DNA of 64,000 nucleotides from an uncultured Planctomycetota bacterium (GCA_963823665.1 CAWGMQ010000010.1:1056001-1120000); one strand, 5' to 3'. Positions 31,239-42,847 are shown, counted from the stretch's first letter. A program made the numbers and translations. The notes: generated by a model not told the origin, from the sequence alone.

Positions 31239-32204
31239 TCATTCGTCTATCAAGAGGCGGGGAGTGACGACCGGCTTGATCTGCGCTTGTCCTAGCTGGC
31301 GGACGAACGACTGGAACGCAACGGGATCGCTGTCGGCAGCGAGCCTCATGACGGGCGTCCACTTGAAAACCCGCCGCACCGTTTCGACCGCCCGGACGTC
31401 ATCTGGATCACGGGGCTTCATGACCTGGGCGTAATCGTCATAGCGGATGATCCTCCCGGGTTCTCTTGCCGAGGACTTCCAGAATGCCACACAGGGCTCC
31501 GCCGCGCGAACCTCCAGGGTGCCGCCATCGCTGCTGATCGTGACGGGGTGATGAGAATCCACGATGGTCAATCCATCCGGAAACTCGCCCTGGGTAGAAC
31601 CCGTCCGATAGAACAGTTTTTCCGCAATGGCATCGGCCCAGAGCAACCAGTAGCCGTCTTCTGTGTCCAGATAGGATGTGGCGACCTGAGGCCTGTAGCC
31701 GTGCTTGCCATTGTGCGTGACCCGATCCGTGAGTGTGACCAATCCATTATTGCCCTTCTCCACCAGCCTTGCCATGGGGCGAGCCTGGGCCGCTTGCAGG
31801 CCGGTGACGATTGATCGATCGCCGACCGAGAGGATGATTGAGCCGTCGGGAGTGTACGTGAGCCGCACAAGCTGACCTTTGGCTGCGCCCAACGTCACGG
31901 CCTTTGCTCCCTGGTGGATGCCACCGATGAGACCGTGGGGAGCGCTGCCGGGAAGCCCGCTGGCTTGGGTTTCGATCAAGGCTTTGAAGGAGGGCGCACG
32001 CACCATCAAACTCGGCATCGTGCTCTTGTCCTTGTAGATGGGGACATACTTGTGCGCGAATGCCGTTCCTTCTTCTTCAGCTTCGGCCTGGGCCGAAATC
32101 ATGGAGGCGAGCCCGATCACGGCGACCAGGAGCGTCGCGCCGACGGCTCGGGTGCTCCGGGTAAGACGTCGAGGCATCGCGCAGGTGTTTCCGCTGTACG
32201 TCAT
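31239..32204 (-). CDS. Hypothetical exported protein
   Basis: 321-aa ORF with AGGAGG RBS and a signal peptide ending AQA; no family recognised. Confidence 0.7.
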   Translation of the reverse strand: MTYSGNTCAMPRRLTRSTRAVGATLLVAVIGLASMISAQAEAEEEGTAFAHKYVPIYKDKSTMPSLMVRAPSFKALIETQASGLPGSAPHGLIGGIHQGAKAVTLGAAKGQLVRLTYTPDGSIILSVGDRSIVTGLQAAQARPMARLVEKGNNGLVTLTDRVTHNGKHGYRPQVATSYLDTEDGYWLLWADAIAEKLFYRTGSTQGEFPDGLTIVDSHHPVTISSDGGTLEVRAAEPCVAFWKSSAREPGRIIRYDDYAQVMKPRDPDDVRAVETVRRVFKWTPVMRLAADSDPVAFQSFVRQLGQAQIKPVVTPRLLIDE

Positions 32205-32269
32205 GGTTGATGTACCTCCTTATTCATCTAGGCGTCAGCGCATTCCGGGTCGGCCCGACAGCGATGCGA

Positions 32270-35118
32270 TTACCTGGACGCCTTTCCGACGACTTGCAGG
32301 ATGGCGTTGGCGAAGTCGAGCGTGTAATTCTTGTTGATGAGCTTCAGCGTTCCGTGCTTGACGACGATCGGATACCGCCCTGGCGGGCTCTTCTTGGTGG
32401 CGGTCGTGGAGACGGCCGGGGCGCCTTTGAACGCCTGCTTCGTGCTCTGGCCGAGGACGAGGCCATTGACCTCGAACGCCAGGCGCGGGTTCTTGGCCTT
32501 GAAGTTTCTCTCGAGATAGAGCGCAGTGAAGGTCAGGGCCTCAGGGACGATGCGCAGTTCGCCCGGAACGTAGTTTACGGCATAGTTCCGCGAGGAAACG
32601 CCGTCGGCAGAAACCGCATAGCTTCCGACGTTGCTGCCGGGCGCCGCGGATGTATCAAACGCCAAACCACCGGAGAGCACGTCCGGGCCCTGTCCGCTCA
32701 CGAAACCACTGTACGTCACCGTGAAGGTGGAATTCGCCAGACCGTAGGACCGGGTTGCTGGGTTGACAGCCACGGTCAAAGGCGCGGGAAGAACGTTGAT
32801 CCTGGTCGTGCCCGTGGAGGAGTTGTACGTGGTTGGGTCGCTCGGCGTGAAGAGAACGGTCAAGGTCTGGCTCGACCCGGCGTTCAGCAGGCCCCCCAAA
32901 CCCGCCGGGTAGGTGTACTTGTACGTGCCCGCGATCGTCTGCCCATCGTAAGAAGCGGTCGCATCGAGTTGACTCGTGCCGAGCGCGGTTCCATAGATGA
33001 TCGGGTCGGGCGTCGTCCATGCGATCGTGGGAGTGATCTCGACCGTCGTGTCCGTGAGCGTGACGGTGCTCGGGGTGTAGCTCACCGTCAGGCTGTGGCC
33101 GTTGAACGGGATGACTGCGTTCTGAGCCAGGCCGTTGAATGTGCCGGTGACGCTCGCCGCCCTCACGATGGTGAACACGTCGCCGCTCGCCGACAGGAAA
33201 GCGCCAGCCAGATTGAGCTCGGCGCTGGCCAAGTTGACGGTGCCGGTGGAGCTCAGTTGGGAATACTGGGTTCCGGCCGTCGTGCCGTTCAAGAAGGCGT
33301 CGAAGTTCGCGCCGCTGGCGAGCGTCGGGCTCGCTGTGTTCAGGATGCCCGGGTCGTCAACGGCATCGCCGGGGGCGAGGTGGCCGCCAGCCTGCACGTT
33401 CACGGTGCCGCCGATCGTTCCGACGCCGTCCAGCGTCGCGCCGGTCGAAACCGTCACCGCGCTGCCGGACGCGAGCGTTCCGTCCACCTGAAGCGTGCCG
33501 CCGCTCCAGGTGTAAGTGCCTGACGAGGCAATGTTCAGCGTGGCGCCGCTCTTGATTTGCAGGGTGCAGGACCCGCTCTGATTGATCACGGAGCTATTGG
33601 TCAGCGTCATGTCGCTGAGGCTTAATGTGCCGCTCGTCAAGTCCACTGTGCCGGTGTTGGTGAAGGCCACGCCGTTGTCGGTCACCGTACTCACGCCGGC
33701 CTGAGCGCTAAAGCTGCCGGCGTTGTCGAATGTCGGGGCTGAGCCGTCGCTCCGGTCCAGTGAGGCGCCGGGCTGCGCGTTGAAGGTGGCCGCGGCAGCG
33801 CTTGTGAATCCGGCGCTGTTGTCGAAGGAGAGAGAGCCGCTCAGGGTGGTCGTCGCGTCGCTCGTGAACGAGCGGGTGTCGAGTGTGGCACTGCTGATGC
33901 TGACGGTGCCCTCGGCGATGGTTTCGCCGGTGCCAGCCATCGTGCCGCCGGACCAGTCGAGGGCGCCTGAGACACTCAGCGTGCCCGTGCCGGTCAATTC
34001 CCCGCCGGAGAGGTCAAGGCTCTCCACGCTCAGGCTGTTGCTGCCCAGGTTGGCTGTGCTGTAATTGATTTTCAGCTCGTTGCCCAGACTGGTCACGGGC
34101 GCGTCGAAATTGACCGAGCCGTCCAGGAGCGAGGTGGTGCCGTCGCCCGAGCCAAGCGTGTACGCGCCGTCGATGGTGGCTGAGACGTGATTGGTGAAGA
34201 GCACGGTGCCGTCCCCGCTGATGCTGGACTGCGAGCTGAGCGTGACCGCCGTCTCGCCAAAGGAGAGCGTGGCGTTCGAGGCCACCGTGAACGACCCGCT
34301 ATCCGTGCCGCCCGGGTCCTCAAGGTCAAGGGTTCCTGTCGAGACGGCGACGGTGCCCGAGTTGGTGAAAGCGACGCCGTCGTCGAGCACCGAATTTTCC
34401 GCGCCGACGTTGACGGTCAAGTCACCGGCATTGCTGAACGTCGGTGACGAGGAGTCGTCGTCAAACATGTCGGCGCCGTAAAGAGCGTCGACGGTGGCCG
34501 TGGCCGCGATCGAGACGCTGGCGCTGTTGTAGAAATCGAGATAGGCGCTCAGGGTAGCCGTGCCGTCGATCGTGAACGAGCGGGTGTAGATTATGGCGTT
34601 GCCGATGCTGACGTCGCCCGTGGCGATGGTCTGGCCCATGCCGGCCATCACGCCGCCGTTGTCCCAGGTCATGGCGCCGGCGACCGTCAATGTGCCCGCG
34701 CCTGCAGGGTCCCACGCAGCAGGTCGAGCGTGCCGTCGATCGTCGACGCAGACTCGATCGAGAGGATGCCGCTCGAGATCGACAGCGTGTCGGCCGCGGC
34801 CAGGCTGAGAGTGTTGACCGAGTCGGTATCACCCTGGGAGTGGGTGACCGTGATCCCGGGCGAGAGGTCAATGGTCACATCATCCGACGCGCCCGGCACG
34901 CTGCCGGTATTCCAGTTCGATGCCGTGTCCCAGTCGCCGCCGGCCGGGTTGATCCAGCTCACGGCGGACAGCAGGGTCCGGCGTTCCAGGGCGAAAAGGT
35001 CTGATCCTGGTTGGAACTCCGAGACGGCCTTGCGGCCTGGCCTGGGGCCGTCGGGCCGCGTTTGCCGGGAGGGAGAGTGGACGCGTCCTGATCGCATCGA
35101 GTCCAGCATGGTCATCAT
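32270..35118 (-). CDS. LExRxLL-leader adhesin-like protein with beta-strand repeats and C-terminal MBG-like domains; frameshift at ~34700
   Basis: LFALERRTLLS-AVSWINPAGGDW; PLTVAV...TRSYG...YSGFVSG...NYAVNYVPGEL; ORFs 34687-35271 and 32270-34690. Confidence 0.8.
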
Positions 35119-35377
35119 CTCACGATCCTCCTCATTGAAGTGCCCCGTCGATATCAGTCGTGGCTCTATCTCTTGAAATGCGGGTCGGGGCCGATCGTCC
35201 ACAGGCCGGCGCGTTCTTTCCCCGGAACCGCCTCCGGAGGCGCGCTCGCCTGAGCGCATCCCGGATGTCACGGTCTCGCTCGACGGCTCATTCCGGCGCT
35301 CCCTGGTCGCGAGGAAGCCGCGCGCGGGTCCGTTCGTGCCGATCCAGTCTCATGAAGACAACCTACCGGGACGCCTT

Positions 35378-37463
35378 TCAGAGGACTTGCAGGATGGCGT
35401 TGGCGAAGTCGAGCGTGTAATTCTTGTTGATGAGCTTCAGCGTTCCGTGCTTGACGACGATCGGATACCGCCCTGCCGGACTCTTCTTGTTGGCGGTCGT
35501 GGACACGACCGGGCGCCTTTGAACACCTGCTTCGTGGTTTGGCCGAGGACGAGGCCATTTACCTCGAACGCCAGCCTCGGATTCTTGGCCTTGAGGTTTC
35601 TCTCCAGATAGAGCGCACTGAAGGTCAGGGCCGCAGGGGCGATGCGGAGTGCGCCCGGGACGTATTTCACGGCATAGTTCTGCGAGGAAAGGCCGTCGAC
35701 CTGCACCGCGTAGCTTCCGACTTTGCTGCTGGGCACGGCGGTTGTATCAAACGCCAACGCACCGGAGAGCACGTCCGGGCCCTGTCCGTTCACGAAACCA
35801 CTGCACGTCACCGTGAAGGTGGGATTCGCCTGGCCGTAGGATCGGGTTTCTGGGTTGACGGCCACGGTCAGAGGCGCGGCAAGAACGTTGATCTGGGTCG
35901 TGCCCGTGGAGGAGTAGTACGTGTTTGTGTCGCTCGGCGTGAAGAGAACGGTCAAGGTCTGGCTCGACCCGGCGTTCAATCCTCCCCCCGAACCCGCCGG
36001 GTAGGTGTACTTGTACGTGCCCGCGATCGTCTGCCCGTCGTAAGAGGCTTTCGCGTCGAGTTGAGTCGCGCCGAGCGCGGTTCCAAAGACGATCGAGGCG
36101 GGCGTGGTCCACGCGATCGTGGGAGTGATCTCGACCGTCGTGTCCGTGAGCGTGACGGTGCTCGGGGTGTAGATCACCGTCAGGCTGCGGCCGTTGAAGG
36201 GGATGACTGCGTTCTGGGGCAGGCCGTTGAACGTGCCGGTGACGCTCGCCGCCCGGACGACGGTGAACACGTCACCCGTGACCGACGCGAAGCTGCCGGG
36301 CAGGTTCAGCTCGGCGCCGGCGAGGTTAACGCTGCCGGTGGAGTTCAACTGGGAATACTGGGTTCCGAGCGTCGTGCCGTTCAAGTAGGCGTCGAAGTTC
36401 GCGCCGGTGGCGATCGTCGTGCTCGCCGTGTGCAGGATGCCCGGGTCGTATACGGCATCGCCGGGGGCGAGGTGGCCGCCAGCCTGCACGTTCAGCGTAC
36501 CGCTGATCGTTCCGATGCCGTCGAGCGTCGCGCCGCTTGGAACCGTCACCTCGCTGCCGGACGCCAGCGTTCCGTCCACCTGAAGCGTGCCGCCGCTCCA
36601 GGTGTAAATGCCCGATGAGGCATTGTTCAGCGTGGCGCCGCTCTCGATTCGCAGGGTGCTGGAGCCGCTCTGATTGATCGCGGAGTTATTGGTCAGCCTC
36701 ATGTCGATGAGGCGCAAAGTGCCGCTCGTCAAGTCGACGGTGCCGGTGTTGGCGAAGGCCACTCCGTTGTCGCTTACCGTACTGCCCGCGGCGGCCTGAG
36801 CGGTAAAGCTGCCGGCGTTGTTGAACTCGGACACTGAGCTGTCGCTCAAGTCCAGGGACGCGCCGGTCTGAGCGTTGAAGGTGCCGGTGACTGCATTGTG
36901 GCCGTGCCGTCGTTCGTCAACGAACGAGTGTCGAGCATGCCGCCGTCGATACTGATATCGCCCATGACGATGATCTGGCCCGTGCCGGTCATCGTGCCGC
37001 CCTCGCCCAAGGTCATGGCGCCGGTGATGGTCAGTGTGCCGGCGCCCTCCAGGGTTCCACCCGTGAGGTTGAGCGTGCCGTCGATCGTCGAGGCAGATTC
37101 GATCGAGAGGCTGCCGCTCGAGAACGACAGTGTGTCGGCTCCGGCCACGGTGAGATCGTTGACAGAGTCGGCATCATTCTGGGAGTGAGTGACGGTGACC
37201 CCGGGCGATAGGTCAATGGTCACATTATCCGACGCGCCCGGCATGCTGCCGGTGCTCCAGTTCGAGCCCGTGTCCCAGTCGCCGCCGGCCGCGTTGATCC
37301 AGTTCACGGTGGACAGCAACGTCCTGGGTTCCAGGGCGATCGGGTCCCATCCCGGGTTGAAGTTCAGGACGGCCTTGCGCTCTTGGCGGCGCCCGTCGTG
37401 CTTCGCTTGCCGGAGGCGAGGGTGGACATGGCGAAATCGCAGCGAGTCGAGCATGGTCATCAT
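35378..37463 (-). CDS. Shorter tandem paralog of 32270-35118; frameshifts at ~36890 and ~35505
   Basis: PIALEPRTLLS; C-terminal half closely similar to the neighbour; ORFs 36846-37583 and 35437-36849. Confidence 0.8.
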
Positions 37464-37712
37464 CCCACGATCCTTCTGATAGCAGTGCCCCTCGATTTGA
37501 GTCGTGGCCCTATGTCTTGAAATGCGGGTCGGGGCCGATTGTCCACAGCTTTCTTGTAACGGACCCGGGCGCGCTGTACGCATCGCTCCGCGCGGAATTC
37601 TCTGGACAACGCCGACGCTGGGGATTAGCCTGCCGGGTGAGTTGCTTCATTTCGCGAGAACGCACGACGGACTTCGGATTCCTGATGCCCAACATGGAGA
37701 GGAGAAGTCTAT

Positions 37713-38948
37713 ATGAGTGACGAACGCGGTGAACTGCCGGGAGGGATCGACCGGCGCGGGTTCCTGGCAACCGGAGCTGGCGCAATGGCGGCAGCCACAG
37801 CACTCGCAGAAGGACAGTCCGCCTCCGCGGACGAGGTGGCGAAGAAGAACGGCCAACCCTCCGTGCTAGCCACTCGGACCTTGGGCCGAACGGGCGCCAA
37901 GGTGACGATCCTCAACCTCGGAACGTGGATGAGCCCTGGGGGTGAGCGGCTGCTGCGCTATGCGTGGGCCAGCGGCATCCGCTACGTCGACACAGCCAAG
38001 AGCTACGGATCTGAGCCCATGATCGGCCGCTGGATGCAAGCGGCGAGCGTGCCCCGCAACCAGTTGTTTCTGGCCACGAAGGACCAGCCGAACGAGCCCC
38101 GCCAGCTCATCGAGCAACTGGACCAGCGACTCGAGGCGCTTCAGACCGACTACGTCGATCTGATCTACCTCCACGCCCTGGGCGACAGGAACTTCGAGCT
38201 CGAGATGGGGTGGCTGACGAGCCCCGAGCTCAAGGCCACGGCCGACGCGATTCGCAAATCCGGCAAGGCGAAGTACGTCGGTTTTTCGACCCATCATCCG
38301 GCGCGCCACCTGTTGCTCCGGGCTGCCGTGCAGGGCGGGTTCCTCGATGTGATCATGCTTCAGAACAATCCCTGGCTCGCGGCCGACGACGATATGAACC
38401 GAGCGCTCGACGCCGCCGCCAAGCGAGGAATCGGCCTGGTATCGATGAAGCAAGTCGCGGGCAACGTGAACCTCGAGGAGATCGGGATGGCCCTCGAGGG
38501 AAGCACCAAGATGCTCCTCACGCCCTACCAGTCGCTCTTGCACGCGATCTGGACCGACCAGCGATTTGCGTCGGTCTGCGTCTCGATGCGCAATACCGAG
38601 CAGATCCGCGAGAACGCCGCGGCGGCGCGAGTGTTCCGGCCGCTGAAAAAAGTCGAAATCGAGCGGCTGCACAAAGCGTGCGTTGCCGCCGGGCCGACGA
38701 TGTGTGCCTCGTGCGATGGGCGATGCGGCCGTGCTGCCGGGACGCCTGCCGAGCTGGGGAACCTGACGAGGTTTCTCACTTATCACGACCATCACGGCTA
38801 CCGAAGTGAAGCCAGGCGGCTCTATGGCGAGCTCGGCGCAGAGGCGCGCGAATGGCGCGGCGCCGACCTCGAGGCGGCCCGTCAGGCCTGCCCCAATCAG
38901 CTCAATTTTGCCGAGTTGCTGCCGCGGGCGGACAAGGTCCTCGGCTGA
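37713..38948 (+). CDS. Aldo/keto reductase with Tat signal and C-terminal Cys cluster (possible Fe-S site)
   Basis: DRRGFL; RTLGRTG, DTAKSY, LQTDYVDLIYLH; CASCDGRC...CP. Confidence 0.9.
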   Translation: MSDERGELPGGIDRRGFLATGAGAMAAATALAEGQSASADEVAKKNGQPSVLATRTLGRTGAKVTILNLGTWMSPGGERLLRYAWASGIRYVDTAKSYGSEPMIGRWMQAASVPRNQLFLATKDQPNEPRQLIEQLDQRLEALQTDYVDLIYLHALGDRNFELEMGWLTSPELKATADAIRKSGKAKYVGFSTHHPARHLLLRAAVQGGFLDVIMLQNNPWLAADDDMNRALDAAAKRGIGLVSMKQVAGNVNLEEIGMALEGSTKMLLTPYQSLLHAIWTDQRFASVCVSMRNTEQIRENAAAARVFRPLKKVEIERLHKACVAAGPTMCASCDGRCGRAAGTPAELGNLTRFLTYHDHHGYRSEARRLYGELGAEAREWRGADLEAARQACPNQLNFAELLPRADKVLG

Positions 38949-39108
38949 TACGACTGACGATGACACGGACGCGCCGCGGAGATCTTCGCTGCGCGGCGTT
39001 TGTTTCGTTCATGCCAAGGAGGGATCGGTTCCGGCGTCACCGAACTTGTTCGCGACCGGCACACGCAGAAGTCGTCGATCGGGAGCCCGCCCTGTTGGGA
39101 AAACCAGG

Positions 39109-39152
39109 GAGTTAAGTATGGTGCCGCCCGATCCCCAACGACTCCGGAACTC
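39109..39152. repeat. Degenerate REP-like element of a second type (GAGTTAAGTATGGTG...CCGGAACTCC)
   Basis: 14 of 15 nt match the reverse complement of 52568-52582. Confidence 0.5.
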
Positions 39153-39244
39153 CCGCGACGTTCACCGGCCCGGCCAACGCATGAACGCACCCGCGAAGGC
39201 GCGCGCATGACAGCACGTCAACCCCCAGCGACGGCCGAAGGTCG

Positions 39245-39598
39245 TCATTCATCTCGCGGGCTGAGTGCGTCGGGCTCGACCGGTTGCCAGGGGCGCGACG
39301 CCGCACGCTCCCATTTCGCTTGCATCGCCGAGTGATAAGTCGTTAACGCTGGGACAAACGGCGGCCCGCCCGGCCAGGGATACGAGGCGCCCATGCCCTC
39401 GCGCATCAGAGTCCAGCGCCGCTCCCAGTACTCGATCCCCCCGGGAACCTCGTGGATTGTTCGCAACCGATTCCGGTGCTCCCCAGCGCGGTCAAGATAC
39501 TCCCAACGGAGGAGACATAGCCGCCCGACAGCCACCACGGCGACCAACGCGGCGATCGCCGCCGCCACCCGCCACTTTGCCATCCCCGCAAGGCGCAT
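39245..39598 (-). CDS. Small membrane-anchored hypothetical protein
   Basis: 117-aa ORF; N-terminal hydrophobic helix; C-terminal KWERAASRPWQPVEPD. Confidence 0.6.
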   Translation of the reverse strand: MRLAGMAKWRVAAAIAALVAVVAVGRLCLLRWEYLDRAGEHRNRLRTIHEVPGGIEYWERRWTLMREGMGASYPWPGGPPFVPALTTYHSAMQAKWERAASRPWQPVEPDALSPRDE

Positions 39599-39630
39599 CG
39601 CTCGATGACCCCGCGCCGCGGTACGGTGTC

Positions 39631-39660
39631 TTGACAGAATCTGGCCCGTCTATATCAATC
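39631..39660 (+). promoter_or_regulatory. Sigma-70-type promoter for the candidate ncRNA
   Basis: Perfect TTGACA at 39631-39636 and AT-rich TATATCAAT at 39651-39659. Confidence 0.55.
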
Positions 39661-39734
39661 CAACTTTGCGTCGAGAAGCACTTACATTGTACAAGGCGCC
39701 GAATCAGAAGGAATCCGACACCGATTTTTCCGTC

Positions 39735-39905
39735 GAGGAACCCCAGACGCATTGGCTCTCAGGGACGAGCGCGAAGTCCATCGGCTCGTAGGGGGAGATC
39801 CGACGCCCGTTGTCGCAGAGTGAATCATCCATGGACGCCTCGGACCCACCAGACGAACGGCGTCTTGAAACTCGTCGTCAGGCCAGAAGGTTGGTGTCTC
39901 CATAG
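39735..39905 (+). ncRNA. ssrS: Candidate 6S RNA
   Basis: Rod-like pairing by eye: AGACGC/GTGTCT, TTGGC/GCCAG, GACGAG/CTCGTC, central bubble, GGGGG/CCCACC, TCCGA/TCGGA; no credible ORF; promoter upstream; ends approximate. Confidence 0.6.
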
Positions 39906-40305
39906 ATGCTCAAGTCGATCGTTCGAGCCTCTCCCGCGCCGATCGGCCAATTCCCCGATTGTAAGAGTGCAATGCATCCCGCAACACCCTCGCGTCGGAT
40001 TCCTCGGCGCTTGGCGCATTGCCCCGCTTCTTGTCGCCTCGTTCACGTAAGCGGAGCCTCCTTTCCGGTGACTGCGAGTCGGGCCGAAACGGATTCCGCG
40101 GCCGTCCACTTCCGCTGGTGGTATTGCTGCTGCTCATTGACCTGGCCATGCCAGAGGAGCCGTTCACGCACTGACCGCGCGTACGACAGGGACTCGCCGA
40201 TTGTCCCGATTCAGATCAGCGTGGGCACAGGAGTGTGCCGTGGTGCCTCTTGGGACGCGGTGCGGAGCATGTTAGACTGCCTGGCTCTCAGCCAGACACA
40301 GGCCG

Positions 40306-40944
40306 TTGATCGATTCGAGGAGGCGCATTGTGTTGTGGTGGATTGTCGGACTGGCGGTGGTCGCTGTTCTGGGGTACGTGATCTGGATGTACAACCGGCT
40401 CGTGGGTTTGACCAAGCGCGCGGACGCGGCATGGAGCGATATCGACGTGCAGCTCAAACGGAGGTGGGACCTGGTTCCCGCTCTTGTCGAGACGGTCAAG
40501 GGTTATGCTCATCACGAGTCGAGCACGCTGGAGGGTGTCGTCCTGGCCAGGGGCCAGGCGGTGCAGCCTGCTTCGATCGCGGAGCGCGGCGCGCGCGAGG
40601 AGGGTCTGTCGGCGGCCGTGGGGCGGCTGTTCGCGGTGGCCGAGGCTTATCCCGATCTCAAAGCCAGCCAGAACTTCCGGGACCTGCAACACAACCTCGT
40701 CGAGATCGAGAACACGATTCAGTACGCTCGCCGGTATTACAACGCCGTGGTACGTGACTGGAACTCGCTGGTCGAGGGTATCCCGTCGGGATGGATCGCG
40801 GCGGGGGCGGGATACCGCGAGCGGCCGTTCTTCCAGCTCGACAACGAGGCAGAGCGTGCTGTACCCAAGGTGACGTTCGGGTCGTCAGGGGCGACTGGCG
40901 GCCCCGAGGAAGCGACGCCGCGAGGCCAAGGCGGTGCGGGTTGA
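40306..40944 (+). CDS. lemA: LemA family protein
   Basis: YNRLV, AWSDIDVQLKRRWDLVPALVETVKGY, EAYPDLKA, ARRYYNAVV. Confidence 0.95.
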   Translation: MIDSRRRIVLWWIVGLAVVAVLGYVIWMYNRLVGLTKRADAAWSDIDVQLKRRWDLVPALVETVKGYAHHESSTLEGVVLARGQAVQPASIAERGAREEGLSAAVGRLFAVAEAYPDLKASQNFRDLQHNLVEIENTIQYARRYYNAVVRDWNSLVEGIPSGWIAAGAGYRERPFFQLDNEAERAVPKVTFGSSGATGGPEEATPRGQGGAG

Positions 40945-42784
40945 CGTTAAGGGGATGGAGGCGGTCGTGCCAAGATCTTGTTCATCGACCGGACGATGGC
41001 CGGTCTGGATTTGCCTGTTCATCGCGCTCACGGGCAACGGGCTCGCGATGGCCCCGGCGCGCGGTGATTCCGGCTGGACGGTGCACAAGTTCGAGGTCAC
41101 GCTCGACGTGCGGCCCGACGCGGCGCTCGAGGTGACCGAGTTGATCGACGCAGACTTCCAGGTTCCCAAACACGGCATTTACCGCGAGATCCCGATCCGA
41201 TACGCGGTCGGGATGCAGCAATATGCCTTGCGATTTCATTTGCTAGGCGTCGACGACGGCGCCGGAAAGAGATATGGGACCGCGGTTTCGTACGAGGAGA
41301 ATCGGGTCCGGATCCGGATCGGCAGCGCGGCTGAGACGCTCAGTGGTCCCGTACCATACCGCATCCGCTACCGCGTCGAGCGGGCGATCCTGTGGGAAGG
41401 AACGCGCGCCTGGGGCGGAGAAGAGGGGAATCGCGATCACGCGATCTTGCGCTGGAACGCCACCGGAACCGAGTGGGGGGTGCCCATCCGACGGTCGACG
41501 GTGGTGGTCAAACTGCCACGCGAGCTCGACGACTCTCAGGTACTCTACGACGCCTGGACCGGGGTCTACGGTGCCAAGGGCAAGGACTTCACCAAGCGGC
41601 GGGTTGATGCGCGGACGGTCGCCTTTGATACCAACGAGCTGCGCGGCGGCGAGGGGATCACGGTCGAGGTGACGATGCCCGGCGACGCAGTCGCACGACC
41701 TGGCTGGGTGAGCGAGGCCTTCGCGTGGCTGGTCGACAACTTCCCGTACGCGATCTTCCCCGCGACATTTTTCGCTTGTATTGCCGCGTGGTTCTATCGC
41801 GGCCGGGACCTGCCGGGCCAGGGTACAATCGTTGTCAACTACGAACCTCCGGATGGGTTTTCACCGGCGGAGGTCGGCACCTTGATCGACGAGCGAGTGG
41901 ACCTGCGGGACATCTCCGCCGTGATCATCGACCTCGCCGCGCGAGGGTATCTCTCAATCAAGGAGATTCCGGCGAAGTCCGTGTTTTCGTCCCGTGTCGA
42001 TTATCAGTTCGAGCGCGGCGAGGCCTCCGGCAGTCTCAAGCCTTTTGAGGCGGAGATTCACAGCATGCTCTTCAAGGGCCGGGACGAGGTCCTCATGAGT
42101 GATCTGGAAACGAAGTTCTACCCGGTGATCGCCAAGGTGAAGCATCATCTTTATCAGGGTCTGAGCAAAGGAGGATACTTCGACGGCAACCCGACGACGG
42201 TTCGGGGCACGTTTCTCGGACTCGGCCTGCTCTTGCTTTTGATTACTCTAGGCGGCTCCGCACTCTTCCAATTCTGGATGATCGGCCGGGTTTTCATCGT
42301 GCCGATCGCGATTGCGGGCGTGCTCTCGGCGATCGTGATCATTGTCACCAGCCGTGTCATGCCGCGCAAGACCAGGAAGGGGCGGATCGCCTGGGAGCAG
42401 ATCCACGGGCTGGAGGAGTACATCCGCCGTGCCGAGGTCGACGACATCCAGGCCCAGGATCGGCGCGGAATCTTCGAGCGTCTTCTGCCTTATGCGATCA
42501 TCTTCGGACTGTCGAACCGATGGGCCAAAGCATTTGCAAACCTTTATACCGAACCGCCCAACTGGTACCAGCCTGCCGACGCGCTCAATTACTCGACGCT
42601 CAGATTCGTGAACGACATCGACCACTCGGTTTCCTCGATGAATCGCACGTTGCCGGCGATGCCGCGCTCAACCGGCACCGGCGGCGGCCCGACGGGAGCG
42701 GGCTATGCCTGGTCGAGCGGGGGATTTTCGGGAGGCGGCTCGTCCGGCGGCGGATTCGGTGGCGGCGGCGGCGGGTCGTGGTAA
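40934..42784 (+). CDS. DUF2207 family membrane protein
   Basis: HGIYREIP, WNATG, SPAEVG, FERLLPYA, C-terminal GGGFGGGGGGSW; usual partner of lemA. Confidence 0.9.
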   Translation: MRVDVKGMEAVVPRSCSSTGRWPVWICLFIALTGNGLAMAPARGDSGWTVHKFEVTLDVRPDAALEVTELIDADFQVPKHGIYREIPIRYAVGMQQYALRFHLLGVDDGAGKRYGTAVSYEENRVRIRIGSAAETLSGPVPYRIRYRVERAILWEGTRAWGGEEGNRDHAILRWNATGTEWGVPIRRSTVVVKLPRELDDSQVLYDAWTGVYGAKGKDFTKRRVDARTVAFDTNELRGGEGITVEVTMPGDAVARPGWVSEAFAWLVDNFPYAIFPATFFACIAAWFYRGRDLPGQGTIVVNYEPPDGFSPAEVGTLIDERVDLRDISAVIIDLAARGYLSIKEIPAKSVFSSRVDYQFERGEASGSLKPFEAEIHSMLFKGRDEVLMSDLETKFYPVIAKVKHHLYQGLSKGGYFDGNPTTVRGTFLGLGLLLLLITLGGSALFQFWMIGRVFIVPIAIAGVLSAIVIIVTSRVMPRKTRKGRIAWEQIHGLEEYIRRAEVDDIQAQDRRGIFERLLPYAIIFGLSNRWAKAFANLYTEPPNWYQPADALNYSTLRFVNDIDHSVSSMNRTLPAMPRSTGTGGGPTGAGYAWSSGGFSGGGSSGGGFGGGGGGSW

Positions 42785-42847
42785 GCCGGACCCGCCGCAC
42801 GGCCGTTCGCGTCGAGAAAGCCATCAAGGCATGCGTGAATGGTCAAC

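Noticed and set aside
32207..36618. Plus-strand ORFs of 438 aa and 359 aa
   Set aside because: Antisense shadows of the MBG-like adhesin genes
39690..40013. tmRNA, RNase P RNA or a known riboswitch
   Set aside because: No tRNA-like ends or tag frame, no GAGGAAAGUCC, and no convincing cobalamin or cyclic-dinucleotide consensus
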